Assembly: GCF_964355755.1 (NCBI RefSeq)
Contig: NC_092670.1
Coordinates: 37,188,388-37,252,387 of the forward strand
Direction of reading: 5' to 3'
From: Antedon mediterranea
Taxonomy: Eukaryota; Animalia; Echinodermata
DNA length: 64,000 bases
Part shown: positions 1 through 12,761 of the stretch, piece by piece
How the letters are laid out: every line of letters starts with the position of its first letter
Numbering within the stretch: the first letter of the stretch is position 1
Translations under genes and position numbers: made by a program
The notes under the pieces: model-generated
Told to the model about the DNA's origin: nothing
Database searches by the model: none
Seen by the model: the letters and a program-made list of their open reading frames with translations, nothing else

Positions 1-538
1 TAATCCAAAATTTGTCTTTGTTAAATTAACATTTCTGACCATAATCACAAGCAGAAATAAAATTATTATAAAATAAAACTGGTTAATTTAATGTTATTCA
101 GCAGAAATGCCCTATTTGCTGCTACCCTTTATAAATCTAAGTTTTCTAAACTCCCTATTTATAAATGGAACAGTCTCATCATGATATATCTTGTATAAAA
201 TACAAGATATGATTAAACATACAATATGCAACATACAGTAAAGTAGGTAATATTTAGATTGCTGCTATACTAAGTATACTGTAACAATGAATCCAAACTA
301 TAATGTCAATGATTTTATTTCTTTGCAATGTATAGCTTTCTTGTTTTTTGTTAAAAAGTTATGGAAACAAACAATTTGTTTTCCCTTTACACATACACTG
401 TACTGTAGTTATTTCTTTTTTTCAAGACAATTACCTGATTATCTGTTTTTATCTTATAGTGCTTTGGATAATCAACTTTACAATCTAACAAATTAACAAG
501 GTAATTTTTAAGTTATATTTTAATTTTTTTGACGTTTA

Positions 539-1369
539 ACGTATATTTCGGTGTATAAGTCGCACCTGTGTATAAGACGCACCCCCTAACTGAGAGTAAA
601 ATATCGGTATTTTTTATATCGTCGGTGTATAAGACGCACCTTATATTTCATCAAAACAATGTTTTTTTTAAATTGTAATCAATATTATTGTAATAATATA
701 TTTTTTTATATCTGCAACGGCGTCCTTTATTTAGGTTTTTTCTTACCTAGGCTCGGCCGCGCCCAACCTCAACAGCCGCAACATCGAGTGCATGACCGTG
801 TGTGTAACATGTACGTGTGGGCTAGCCTCGCTCGATCATTTCGAGAGGGCGCACGTTTTCACGGACAATCGTATTCGATTAGTATCTATGTATGTATCCG
901 AGAATTGAAGTGTGTACGCTAGGTCCATGCTATAATCACCTGGAGAATATACAGTACTAGTCAAATACCGTACATCATGTGGCCGCCAAGAGGGCTTGCA
1001 CTGGGGGTACGGCGATCGTGCGTATAACTACTGTATAAATAAATACTATTCCAATCGTACGTAAACGTTTACAAATGAAATTTTATCGCCATAATGAACA
1101 AATCTTTTCATCATATTTAGTATAACATCATGCTAAAATGCCTTGAAAACTAGGCAGAAGCAGGTTGCCGTTACGTTAGTTAGTTATTGTTGCCAGCCTA
1201 GGCCTAGCCTACTAAGGCCTAGCAAACGAGGAGACGATAGCCTAGGCCTAGCCTAGGCCTATGTACAATCTGTGTGGTGAGGCATTTATGTTTGGTGTAT
1301 AAGACGCACCCTTAATTTAGAGGTCAAATTTGCGTGTCAAAAGTGCGACTTATACACCGAAATATACGG
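539..1369. mobile_element. Non-autonomous Tc1/mariner-pogo (Tigger-like) DNA transposon
   Basis: TIRs (C)CGTATATTTCGGTGTATAAGTCGCAC / GTGCGACTTATACACCGAAATATACGG; TA on both flanks; internal repeats of GTGTATAAGACGCACC; CpG-rich interior. Confidence 0.85.
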
Positions 1370-1489
1370 TAAATACCACCGCTTGACTGTGTGTGGTATT
1401 CATGTAGAATTCAAATTGTAATCGTAGTATTTCAGCTTATAATATGACTGATTATATTGTATATTATTCAACAGTAACCATATCGCTAA

Positions 1490-1804
1490 AGCGTGGTTCC
1501 TACTAGTATGGAACGCAGTGACGTATAGACGCAAAGTGCTGTATTGCGTAATCACAAGTGGGAACCTACGATGCAAAAGTGCGGTTTGATTTCACGCAGG
1601 CGGGGGAAAACATGATTATGAAGCGTGGTTCCCACTAGCGACGTAACAAATGCCCTTCTAATAATTGTGTTTGCCCCACCTACGTGAAATCAAACGATGT
1701 TTGCAGCACTATTGCGTCGTCGGTTCTCACTTGTGATTATGCAATACAGTACTTTGCGTTGATACGTCGCTGCGTTGCGTTTTACTTTTAGTGGGAACCA
1801 CGCT
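1490..1804. mobile_element. PIF/Harbinger-like foldback MITE
   Basis: TIRs AGCGTGGTTCC.ACTAG / TAGTGGGAACCACGCT; TAA/TTA flanks; long imperfect inverted arms; third TIR copy at ~1622. Confidence 0.8.
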
Positions 1805-2009
1805 TTAAACAGACGTAGCGCTTATTAGACTGATTTTTTGACTGTAGACTGTATTGCTTATTTGACTATATTATCACTTATTTGACTATTGCTTATGGAA
1901 CATGACTGTATCACTTACTTGACTATCACTTATTTGTCTATCACGTACTGTATTTGATGGTATCTCTTGACTGTTTAGCGCTTATTCAACTACTGTAGCA
2001 CTTACTTAA

Positions 2010-3435
2010 CTGTAGCACTTATGCAACTATAGTGCCCAGTTAACTGTAGCGCTTATGTAACTACTGTATGGTGCCCAGTCAACTGTAGCGCTTATGCAAC
2101 TATAGTGCCCAGTTAACTGTAGCGCTTATGTAACTACTGTATGGTGCCCAGTCAACTGTAGCGCTTATGCAACTATAGTGCCCAGTTAACTGTAGCGCTT
2201 ATGTAACTACTGTATGGTGCCCAGTCAACTGTAGCGCTTATGCAACTATAGTGCCCAGTTAACTGTAGCGCTTATGTAACTACTGTATGGTGCCCAGTCA
2301 ACTGTAGCGCTTATGCAACTATAGTGCCCAGTTAACTGTAGCGCTTATGTAACTACTGTATGGTGCCCAGTCAACTGTAGCGCTTATGCAACTATAGTGC
2401 CCAGTTAACTGTAGCGCTTATGTAACTACTGTAATTCAATTCAATTCAATTAAAACTTTATTATCCCCATGGGGAAACTCTGTTGGCCTTTTCAAAAGTA
2501 CAGTACATACAAATATAAAATGGATACAGTACATAAAATATAAAATACGATAAAAAAAAAGCCATACAAAATATACATATAAAATCCTAAAAAGTCGATT
2601 TAAAATACTACAAAAAATAAAACTATCGCATAAAATACGATTATACGATTATATAATGAATGATATTATCATTCATTATATAATCGTATAGCGGCAGGGA
2701 CGAATGAATTGCCATATCTATTTGTTTTAATTTTTCTTTGAAGGAGTCTGTCACAACGTTGACTTTTGTTAAATTTATAGTGCAGAGGATGAGCGTGGTC
2801 TTTTAAAATAATTTTCAATTTTTTAATTACTAATTCCTTATATAAAACTTCAGGTTGAATTTGTTCAGAGCCTACTATTCTACTGCCTTGTTTAACTATT
2901 TTATTAAGTAAAAGTCTATCTTTAAAACGTGAATTACCATAATAACATATTAGGCAAAAACTAAGTACACTGTTTAAGATAGAAGTATAAAAAAGTTGTA
3001 AAATAGTACGGTCAATCTTAAAAGAGTTTATCGTGCCCAGTCAACTGCCCAGTCAACTGTAGCGCTTATGCAACTATAGTGCCCAGTTAACTGTAGCGCT
3101 TATGTAACTACTGTATGGTGCCCAGTCAACTGTAGCGCTTATGCAACTATAATGCCCAGTTAACTGTAGCGCTTATGTAACTAATGTATGGTGCCCAGTC
3201 AACTATAGCGCTTATGCAACTATAGTGCCCAGTTAACTGTAGCGCTTATGTAACTACTGTATGGTGCCCAGTCAACTGTAGCGCTTATGCAACTATAGTG
3301 CCCAGTTAACTGTAGCGCTTATGTAACTACTGTATGGTGCCAGTCAACTGTAGCGCTTATGCAACTATAGTGCCCAGTTAACTGTAGCGCTTATGTAACT
3401 ACTGTATGGTGCCCAGCCAACAGTAGCGCTTATCA
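2010..3435. repeat. 73-bp higher-order minisatellite (alternating 39- and 34-bp subunits), interrupted by a LINE fragment
   Basis: GTGCCCAGTTAACTGTAGCGCTTATGTAACTACTGTATG + GTGCCCAGTCAACTGTAGCGCTTATGCAACTATA repeated at 73-bp period at 2031-2432 and 3033-3430; degenerate ~17-bp units on the flanks. Confidence 0.95.
2433..3031 (-). mobile_element. 5'-truncated Rex1/Babar-type LINE (ORF2 C-terminus and 3' tail)
   Basis: Minus-strand frame INSFKIDRTILQLFYTSILNSVLSFCLICYYGN...DHAHPLH...KTNRYGNSFVPAAIRLYNE* (stop at 2669-2671); 3' TTTCCCCATGGGGATAATAAAG and (AATTG)n tail. Confidence 0.88.
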
Positions 3436-3809
3436 GTTACTGTATTTTCTGTATCGCTTTTGGGTTGTTTCGTTTATTCAACTGTAGCGCTTATGTAACT
3501 GTAGCGCTTATACAACAATATACTGATACATTGATAGCACTTATTTCTGAGCTCTTATTTATTTTTATATTTGACTACAACACTAATTCTACTGGATGCT
3601 CAATTGATCGTTTACTATCCTGGTATCCTTTGTAAAGGATACGATGACTCGTTTCGTCATTGGCAGTGAATATTCCCGCAGGATGGTCTTTGGTCTGAAT
3701 TCCCTCTTTCCTGCGGGAGCCAAGTTGTCAGAGAACTGCAAGACATCAAGTAGCCATAAATAAAACCAACGATTTTTTGTTGTTCAATCTGCTGTGTATT
3801 CAATTCTTT

Positions 3810-3965
3810 AGCTCTGTCTACACTATCAAACTTTTTGCAAAAAAAAGTGTGATGTGCCCAAATATGGTAGTGATATGCTTAAATATGGTAGTGATATGAC
3901 ATCATCATGTCCATGGGCACATCACATTTTGTTGTCACATAAAGTTTGATAGTGTAGACAGAGCT
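3810..3965 (+). mobile_element. Harbinger-like MITE family A
   Basis: TIR AGCTCTGTCTACACTATCAAACT; internal AAATATGGTAGTGATATG repeats. Confidence 0.88.
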
Positions 3966-4196
3966 TAAGATACTATACTTAGTTTTATTAAATATTTTGT
4001 ATAATTGGGATCCTCATTTAACTACACATTGCTGTATGACCATACTGTACCAGCTACAGTATGCGGATTTTATATTACCCGAAACTGTCATATCAACTGA
4101 TTTCATTTCATTTCATTATTTATTTGGTCTATTTAAGTAAATACAAAACAACAAAAAATAAAATTGGGGAGACCAGGGTCAACCTAAGTGAACTTA

Positions 4197-4847
4197 GACC
4201 CCATTTACACTTACGATTTAGGCCGGCCCTGGGTCGGCAATTGATAAGTGTAAATACTCCAAAAAGTTAGGCCGGCCCTGGGCCGGACGCAGATCTGGGC
4301 CACCTCTCCAGGTAGGTTTAGGAGCGGCTTTTACGTTTGGGCCGGCTTACGCAGTGAACCGTGAACAACGTTTGACCTTTTTATGAGGTGGTTGTTATGA
4401 CTATCCGACATTCTCAGTACATACCTTCCTCCTTTTTTCGGGCGACAATTTGTTTTCTTCATCATTTATATACCGGTAGTTAAATTTATTTTTAGACATC
4501 TTCTTTCAATAAAGTATTCCTCCGCTTGTTTCGCATATACATAAAATACAGCCATATTATATATAAAACAGTGGGGTTCATTTTGTTTTTAATGGGACAA
4601 AAAACAACAATACAGTATAAATATAAAATGGTCGGTTCGCGCTGAGAGTTGAATTGACGATCGAGAAAGAGAAAAATGTAAACAAACTGTACTTCGTATC
4701 CCAGCATGCAATGGTACTTCCGATAAAATTATTTACGACCAGTAATCTGCGTCGCTAGTGTAAACGCTCTGGGGCCGGCCTAAAAGGTAAATATTTGCAA
4801 CCGGCCCAGGACCGGCCCTGGACCCAAACGTAAGTGTAAATGGGGTC
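4197..4847. mobile_element. PIF/Harbinger-like MITE inserted into a probable retroelement 3' stem-loop remnant
   Basis: TIRs GACCCCATTTACACTTACG / CGTAAGTGTAAATGGGGTC; TTA/TAA flanks; GGCCGGCC subterminal repeats; flanks GGTCAACC...GGTTGACC rejoin into a hairpin preceded by (ATTTC)n. Confidence 0.82.
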
Positions 4848-7336
4848 TAAATCACTGTAGCTGAGCTGGTTGACCCAACCCCAAAGTCAGTTTACACATA
4901 AAAGACGTAAAGACAAAATACTGTTAATACTACAGTATATACTTATTGCAGTAACTATATTATGAATAATGCAAGGCAGCTGTTTTAGTAATAATTTTCA
5001 ACATGAACCTAATTCCTGTAATAATGTAATTATATCAGTAAAGCCTGTCCTTCAACTGTCCCAAGTATTGTCTTTATTATTATCATTAGATCTTAAGCTT
5101 TTCTACAGTACAGCATGTCAAAGGTCAACATTGCCACCTTTCACAGTCCCTTATAAGGCAGGTTGTAGATTTCCACCGAAATACCACAATCCTAGGCTCC
5201 GGTGTTTTCAAAAACTACCGGCATAGACTGCCTAAGTTGGGGCTGACAATGCCTGTCAAAGGGCAGAGAAACCAGACAGGTGTGCTTCGTTGAGGCCTAG
5301 CACTTTCAGATTAACCTCTCTACATGAGTGAGAGGTTGACGTTAGAGGAGGTCTTCTTGATCATTAGTGTTGTATCAAGACAACAGCAGAACATACCAGA
5401 GCTAGAAGTTGTTTTAATGATACTGGTATTCATTATGTCAATGTCATGTAAGATATGTACTTCGTCTGCACATTTATATCCATCAACCCTTGCGTTAATT
5501 AAAGTTAATTTTCAGTCATGTTAGTAAAGGTGTTGTTGCCAATATTAGGCAGAGTATAAAACAAAACCTATTGATTGAATATATAGGTGTCTTTTAAAAC
5601 AGTTTGTGTCTACTAAAAAATACTGATTTCTTTCTAGGTATCCAAAATAAATATGTTGCCAAAAACAATTAAATTTTGAAATCTGTCAAATTTACAGTAT
5701 ATTTTGAATGAACTGTGTTCTTGCGTATCATGTTATAGTCGGTACAGCCATTCATACAACGTTCTAATAACCATTCGGTTCTGTACTTGTGTATAAAAAA
5801 TTAAACAGAGCAAAACACATACAGTATTTTGACAATTAACTATAACATTAACAATAAGAATAGCATACAGTACAATAATAGGTAGAAACAAAGGGGTTAT
5901 GAATTTGTAAAGACTTGACCACTGATCTGTTATTTCGTAATATATAGCATGTATCAGTGGTAAAAACTTTAAATTAAATTACAAAACTTTTGTTATTGTT
6001 TTTTTTAAAGCACAATCAGAATCACTCACATCTTGATACATTATGGAAAGCCCAACTGAGCAAAAAAGAATATTTATTGCGTTATAACACAAAAATAAAT
6101 ATGGCAAGCCCAATTGAACCAAAAGAAATATTATTTTGATTTATATTAATATAAATGTGGCAAGCCCAATTGAACAAAAAGGAATATTTACTGTATTTCT
6201 AAAATAATAAATATGACACGCCCTAAACAAATTACAGTATTGTATAAGAAAGCAACTATTTGTTCAAATAGAGATAAATATGATATAATGCAAAAAATAT
6301 AATTTACATAATTTCTGTTTAAGAATATTAGCAAAGATAATACCTATATGCCTAGAGCATATGCCAAAGATGAGAAAGATGCGGACTTGAGAATCCATAT
6401 TAAACAAACATGCAGGTTATAATAAATCTACATTATCCACAATACAAAGGAAATGCCCCAGGAATATGTGTACCATTTGTTTTTATCCATGTCTAATGTA
6501 GTCAAAGTCGACATGCTGCAGCCTGATAATAGTCTCATAAAAATGCTATATATTCTCCACTTTTTCTCTTGTGTTTAATGAGATGCACCAGAATTGTAGT
6601 AGTAGTAGTTAGTAGTAATTTACAGTATTGTACATGTGTGTTACTGTTGCCGTATTATTATTAGATCATGTACTGTATGCTGTGTCACTGTGTGAATTTT
6701 GTTAACTTACAAAGGTGGAGTGTGAAATGAATATGCTTTGATTACTGTATAAGAGTACGTGTAATATCATACAATGCTAATGTTTAAAAACATTGTTTGG
6801 TGTGTGTATACTGCTAATTAACTAACAAAGAGTTTTACAAACCAGTCAATAAGTACAGTGTAGAACCACTGTTGCGCTAATAACTAAACATTACAGACAA
6901 TTAATGTTAATGTTTAAAAGAAGAAAAAGTATAATATAATAATTGACATAAATTGATAAAGTATAAATTAATGTTATAGATTGTTAATTTTACTAATAAT
7001 TTTGGATAATCAATGAATGTTTTACAGTTTTTTAGTTGGAGAAAACGACCAAGACATTTCATGAAACCACCAGATCTAGACTTAAAATAGAGCGTGATAC
7101 TAATTTCTCATCCATGATCATTTAGGTATACTGTATAGAAATTAGTAACGTTAATTAATTATCATCAACCAGTCCTTTTATCGTGTTTGAAAATGCTCAT
7201 CAAGTTTTTTCATTGTTGAATTCATCTCATGATCTCATGTTCAAATGGTCCCAAATTCTTTCTGATAGTGATATGAAAAATTATAAATTTGAAAACTAGA
7301 ATTTCTTGAAAATTGAACAGTTTTTCCCACCTGATA

Positions 7337-7506
7337 CAGTCAACTCTCCCAATACCAGAAACCTAATAGATTGGCCTAATATGTCTGAATTTCCGGAAAG
7401 TGCGGTATTCAGAATGTATTTTTATGATAAAATGAATTTCGGTCCTTTTGAAACTCATGAAAAGTCTAGTAATTGGGCCAGTTTCTGATTGGTATAGAGT
7501 CGACTG
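7337..7506. mobile_element. Tc1/pogo-type MITE with CAG...CTG ends
   Basis: TA|CAGTCAACTCT ... AGAGTCGACTG|TA. Confidence 0.7.
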
Positions 7507-7910
7507 TATGATCTGTGTCTACTTTTGGAAACTTCATTGTCCTCAAGCCATTTTAAGTCTTGTTATTATCTGTGTCCAACCAAGCATGAATACTGTATGT
7601 CCAGTGGCAAGCTGCAGATATGCTGATGGTCAAGGCTGGTATCTTCACAAAGGTCAATGAGTAGATGCAAGGACAAATTAGACAATTGATCAAAGTTACA
7701 TGTGATTCAATGAGATCACTTTTTGACCCATCATTTGTATTTTCAGTGCTATTATTAGTATACATAATCAATTATTATTTTGGCTTTTACACTCACTAAG
7801 GAATTGATTATTTCCGAAAAGCTTACCTTAGTTATATTCACTAACGTCTTTTATTTACAGTAGCCTCTATTACTAAACATTTTTTTGTCAGTTAGCATCC
7901 AGTTTTTACC

Positions 7911-8030
7911 TGTGTGCCTAAATATGGTAGTGATATGCCCAAATATGGTAGTAATATGACATCATCATGTCCATATGGGCACATCATATTTTTGTCAGTT
8001 AGCATCCAGTTTGATAGTGTAGACAGAGCT
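7911..8030 (+). mobile_element. MITE family A, 5'-rearranged copy
   Basis: Internal repeats plus right TIR AGTTTGATAGTGTAGACAGAGCT. Confidence 0.8.
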
Positions 8031-10004
8031 TTAGAGTTTTTCTCTAATAATTTGTCTTTGTCATGTGGAAATGATTTTAAACAAATTCAAAATACATTAA
8101 AACTGGATGTGACTAGTTTTAGGGTTATTATCAAAAACTAGTGTCACAATCACAAATATAGTAACATATCTTGTAAAGATCGTTGTGAAGATGCTGCACT
8201 CCCCAACCCAGCAAACCTTCAATCATATTGAAATCTAAAGAATTTAAAAGAATGTGTGTTGAAAAATGAATAGTTAAAAGAATTTAAACTTTACAAAAGG
8301 TTATTGATATGTAAAACTAACCAACTATTAAATCAGAAGCTTTATCCAGCTTTAGAAAGCCTGTATTATTCGAGTTCTATAAGCACAAATTATTTCACTA
8401 TTCAAATCAAACATTTTATTTACTACGCTTTAAAAATGTTCAATATTAACACTGTAACTAAGAAAACAAAATATATAAAAATGATTACAAATGGAATATT
8501 TTTGTTTATATTTATTATTTATTTAATTAATTTTTTTAGGGGGACAATATACCTTTAAAATAAATTTCATGAAACATGCATGTAAATTAAAAGTATGTAT
8601 ATATAAAATATTACTAGACACTATGATATAGATTGAAGGTCGTTTTTGCTCAGAAGGTTTTAATTGAAATTTCAGGATTGTTGTATTCAAGTGTAAATAA
8701 GTTTTTAACTTGGCATTCCTTGAAATCAAGCCATGTTGTTTTGTTCTCTTTTTTCAATTGTTTTTTAATAATTGATTAATAAATAAAACTCAAACTTTAA
8801 AAAGCATTGTCTTTATAAAAAAAAATAGAATATGTTCATTAAATTATAAAACAAAGAATGTAGTAGCAATGCTTGTGTAATAATTTCTGGCCATGGCCAT
8901 AGAATGATATTTTTCTAGATATTAAATCGTTTTCTTTGGATTTTTGACATTCTTGTTCCTATGCATAGATTTGAAGCCTAGAAATTCTTTGACACATATC
9001 AGTTCACTTATCAGAGTACAACCAAACTTTACTCATTGACTCATATCAGGTCATCGACCTGCTTTTACTCTACAGACTTGCCCCGAAGCTGCTTCCCGAG
9101 TTGTAAGAAAGTTAGCTTACTCAACTAAATCAGGCCTTTTTTTATAGGTTTACAGCGGGCAGGGACCGTTGAATCTGCTAGATGTGTAATGGGGCGTACG
9201 ACTAACTGCTGCTGCTTTGTTGAAAGTCGTTGCATACACATTTGAATAATAGTAGTACATTAAAAAAATATTAAAACACAATTAATAAGAACACAAAGTT
9301 AGAACAAAGACAAAATCTAATATTGTCTATCAACTATTTATTTACTGATCAATGGTTAAAGCTATTTTTAACTGACTTATCGGCCAATAGATATACATTT
9401 TCGTACTGGCCCCAAATTAAATTTTACTAGCAATATCTTTAACACAATTCTTGTTAAATATTGTATCTCATTCCATTATTTGTTTACATGCGATATTACT
9501 GGCCAAAATCTAAGTTTTACAAGCCTGTCATTCATTGTAAACGCTGTTTATATAGGCCAACATTGTTCATAAATTTATATTGAGGATGGCTGGGCGCTTT
9601 ACACCTAAAATATTTAGTTGTTTATTGTGGTTATGTTGTGAAAATGACTGGGCTTAAGTACGCTAATAATACAGTACAATGGCTGTGTCTGGAAATACAA
9701 GGTACTACACCATAAGAAGGCATATTAATTGCCATCATAAAATGTTTTTATTACCCAACATAAGCCTATCTCAATTTCTCAATGAGACAATCTATTATAC
9801 TTTTGAATTGTTTGGTTGCGTACACAGTGGAGTAATTCTTATTTTATAATGACCTAGATAGAATGTAATACAATATTGAAACCCAAAACAACATAACTTT
9901 ATAACTTTTGAGTTCTCATTCTAAATGTTTTAAGTGAACTTATACATAAGGTCTGCTCTTGTCCACAATTTTAATATTTTTTTTTTGCATTCTTAATTTT
10001 GTTG

Positions 10005-10695
10005 AGTGGATTTTCCTAGTACTATCCATGCTTTACTCTAGTTTACAGTTTGTTGTTCTTTTTTCTTCTTTTGTCCTATTTTCGCATATTTTCTACTGTA
10101 CATCATCAGGGGATGTCCCCGTCCACCTGGAATAAAATGTTAAGTATTTCCTAGGACTTTCCTAGTTTTATCCATGCTTTTGTCTACATTTTATTTTCTT
10201 TTCTTTTGTCATATTTCCCTTTTTGTCATATTTCCCTTTTTGTCTACTGCACATTATCCAGGGGATGACCCTGTCCAGCTAGATAAATGTTATGCATTAA
10301 AAGTGGACTTTACTAGTTTTATCCATGCTTTTGTCTACATTATATTTTCTTTTCTTTTGTCATATTTCCCTTTTTGTCTACTGCACATTATCCAGGGGAT
10401 GTCCCTGTCCAGCTAGATAAATGTTATGCATTAAAAGTGGACTTTACTAGTTTTATCCATGCTTTTGTCTACATTTTATTTTCTTTTCTTTTGTCATATT
10501 TCCCTTTTTGTCTACTGCACATTATCCAGGGGATGTCCCTGTCCAGCTAGATAAATGTTATGCATTAAAAGTGGACTTTACTAGTTTTATCCATGCTTTT
10601 GTCTACATTTTACTACATCTGTATATTTTCTTTTCTTTTGTCCCATTTCCCTTTTTGTCTACTGCACATCATCCAGGGGATGTCCCTGTCCAGCT
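10005..10695. repeat. 134-bp tandem repeat (~4 good copies plus a degenerate one)
   Basis: AGATAAATGTTATGCATTAAAAGTGG recurs at 10281, 10415 and 10549; pyrimidine-rich unit ending CCAG|GGGATGTCCCTGTCCAGCT. Confidence 0.93.
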
Positions 10696-11064
10696 GTGCC
10701 GTGAGTAGCAGCTGGGAAATACAACAGCCCACCCTAGTCCAGCTTAACTCTATGATTTCTTCTTCGGAAGGAAATCGCTGATATTGAAGTGCGTGATGTT
10801 TATCCTCTTTCACACCTTGCCTTGGGCTCTTATTCTACAATAAGATTCTTCACTGTCCATAGGAAGTTTAACATTAACACTTATATTACAATCATCAATC
10901 TATTTATATCACAGATCACTAGAACTGAAATTCATCAAAATTAATTTCTTAGAAAATTAAAATCCAGTGTTTAAATTACATACACTATCAATTTTCACCA
11001 GTATTTCGTTGAAGATGTACAAGTGTAATAACATCCATACAATATAATTTTTCACCAGTATATC

Positions 11065-12385
11065 TGGGATGTACAGTACTGTGCATTAAATTCCATACAG
11101 TATAAGTTTCCAACAGTATTTATTGAATGTACTGTGCATTAAGTTTCATACAGTATAAGTTTCCAACAGTATTTCTTTGATGTACTGTGCATTAAGTTTC
11201 ATACAGTATAAGTTTCCAACAGTATTTCTTTGATGTACTGTGCATTAAGTTTCATACAGTAACAGTTTCCAACAGTATTTCTTTGATGTACTGTGCATTA
11301 AGTTTCATACAGTAACAGTTTCCAACAGTATTTCTTTGATGTACTGTGCATTAAGTTTCATACAGTATAAGTTTCCAACAGTATTTCTTTGATGTACTGT
11401 GCATTAAGTTTCATACAGTATAAGTTTCCAACAGTATTTCTTTGATGTACTGTGCATTAAGTTTCATACAGTATAAGTTTCCAACAGTATTTCTTTGATG
11501 TACTGTGCATTAAGTTTCATACAGTATAAGTTTCCAACAGTATTTCTTTGATGTACTGTCTGTGCATTAAGTTTCATACAGTATAAGTTTCCAACAGTAT
11601 TTCTTGGATGTACTGTCTGTGCATTAAGTTTCATACAGTATAAGTTTCCAACAGTATTTCTTTGATGTACTGTGCATTAAGTTTCATACAGTATAAGTTT
11701 CCAACAGTATTTCTTTGATGTACTGTGCATTAAGTTTCATACAGTATAAGTTTCCAACAGTATTTCTTTTGATGTACTGTGCATTAAGTTTCATACAGTA
11801 TAAGTTTCCAACAGTATTTCTTTGATGTACTGTGCATTAAGTTTCATACAGTATAAGTTTCCAACAGTATTTCTTTGATGTACTGTCTGTGCATTAAGTT
11901 TCATACAGTAACAGTTTCCAACAGTATTTCTTTGATGTACTGTGCATTAAGTTTCATACAGTATAAGTTTCCAACAGTATTTATTGAATGTACTGTGCAT
12001 TAAGTTTCATACAGTATAAGTTTCCAACAGTATTTCTTTGATGTACTGTGCATTAAGTTTTATACAGTATAAGTTTCCAACAGTATTTCTTTGATGTACT
12101 GTGCATTAAGTTTCATACAGTATAAGTTTCCAACAGTATTTCTTTGATGTACTGTCTGTGCATTAAGTTTCATACAGTATAAGTTTCCAACAGTATTTCT
12201 TTGATGTACTGTGCATTAAGTTTCATACAGTATAAGTTTCCAACAGTATTTCTTTGATGTACTGTGCATTAAGTTTCATACAGTATAAGTTTCCAACAGT
12301 ATTTATTGAATGTACTGTGCATTAAGTTTCATACAGTATAAGTTTCCAACGGTATTTCTTGGATCATGTACTGTACATTAAGTTC
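11065..12385. repeat. 53-bp minisatellite, ~24 copies
   Basis: GATGTACTGTGCATTAAGTTTCATACAGTATAAGTTTCCAACAGTATTTCTTT, with +CTGT and TTATTGAAT variant units. Confidence 0.97.
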
Positions 12386-12761
12386 TATTTTTTACCAGTG
12401 CAGTATTTTTAGAATTACAGTTATTAGATCTTTAAATGATGTTATGTGATCACTAATAATTGGGAGTATGTAAGGTCTACAGTATTTGACCTAGTACCCT
12501 GGATGTGGTTTTTAACCAGGTGTGTCCAATATGAATGACCAAAGTTGTCACAAAGGAATAAAAAATATTAAAACAAGAGTAATGAATAGTAAAGGTAAGT
12601 AGTGACTCATTTTGTATTCCATGAATTGCAAATACTGGACCAACAGGTGAGTGGTCAGATTAATTTTATTTTGAAACAAAAAAATATAGTCCTTGGTGTG
12701 AAAGAAATTTGTAAATGAGAAAGTTTGTAAATGAGACCAATCAATACTTGAAGATTTTAAA

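Noticed and set aside
3643-3670. Hammerhead or twister ribozyme (minus-strand GAAACGAGTC; CACTGCCAATG)
   Set aside because: No CTGANGA core at a suitable position and no remaining twister elements.
4969-5524. Possible degraded RT or coding remnant
   Set aside because: The frames I read are stop-ridden and I could not identify a convincing motif.
11065-12385. Regular ~53-bp array as a CRISPR-like locus
   Set aside because: Units are head-to-tail near-identical with no unique spacers and no cas genes; an ordinary eukaryotic minisatellite. The same applies to the 2031, 40706 and 49375 arrays.
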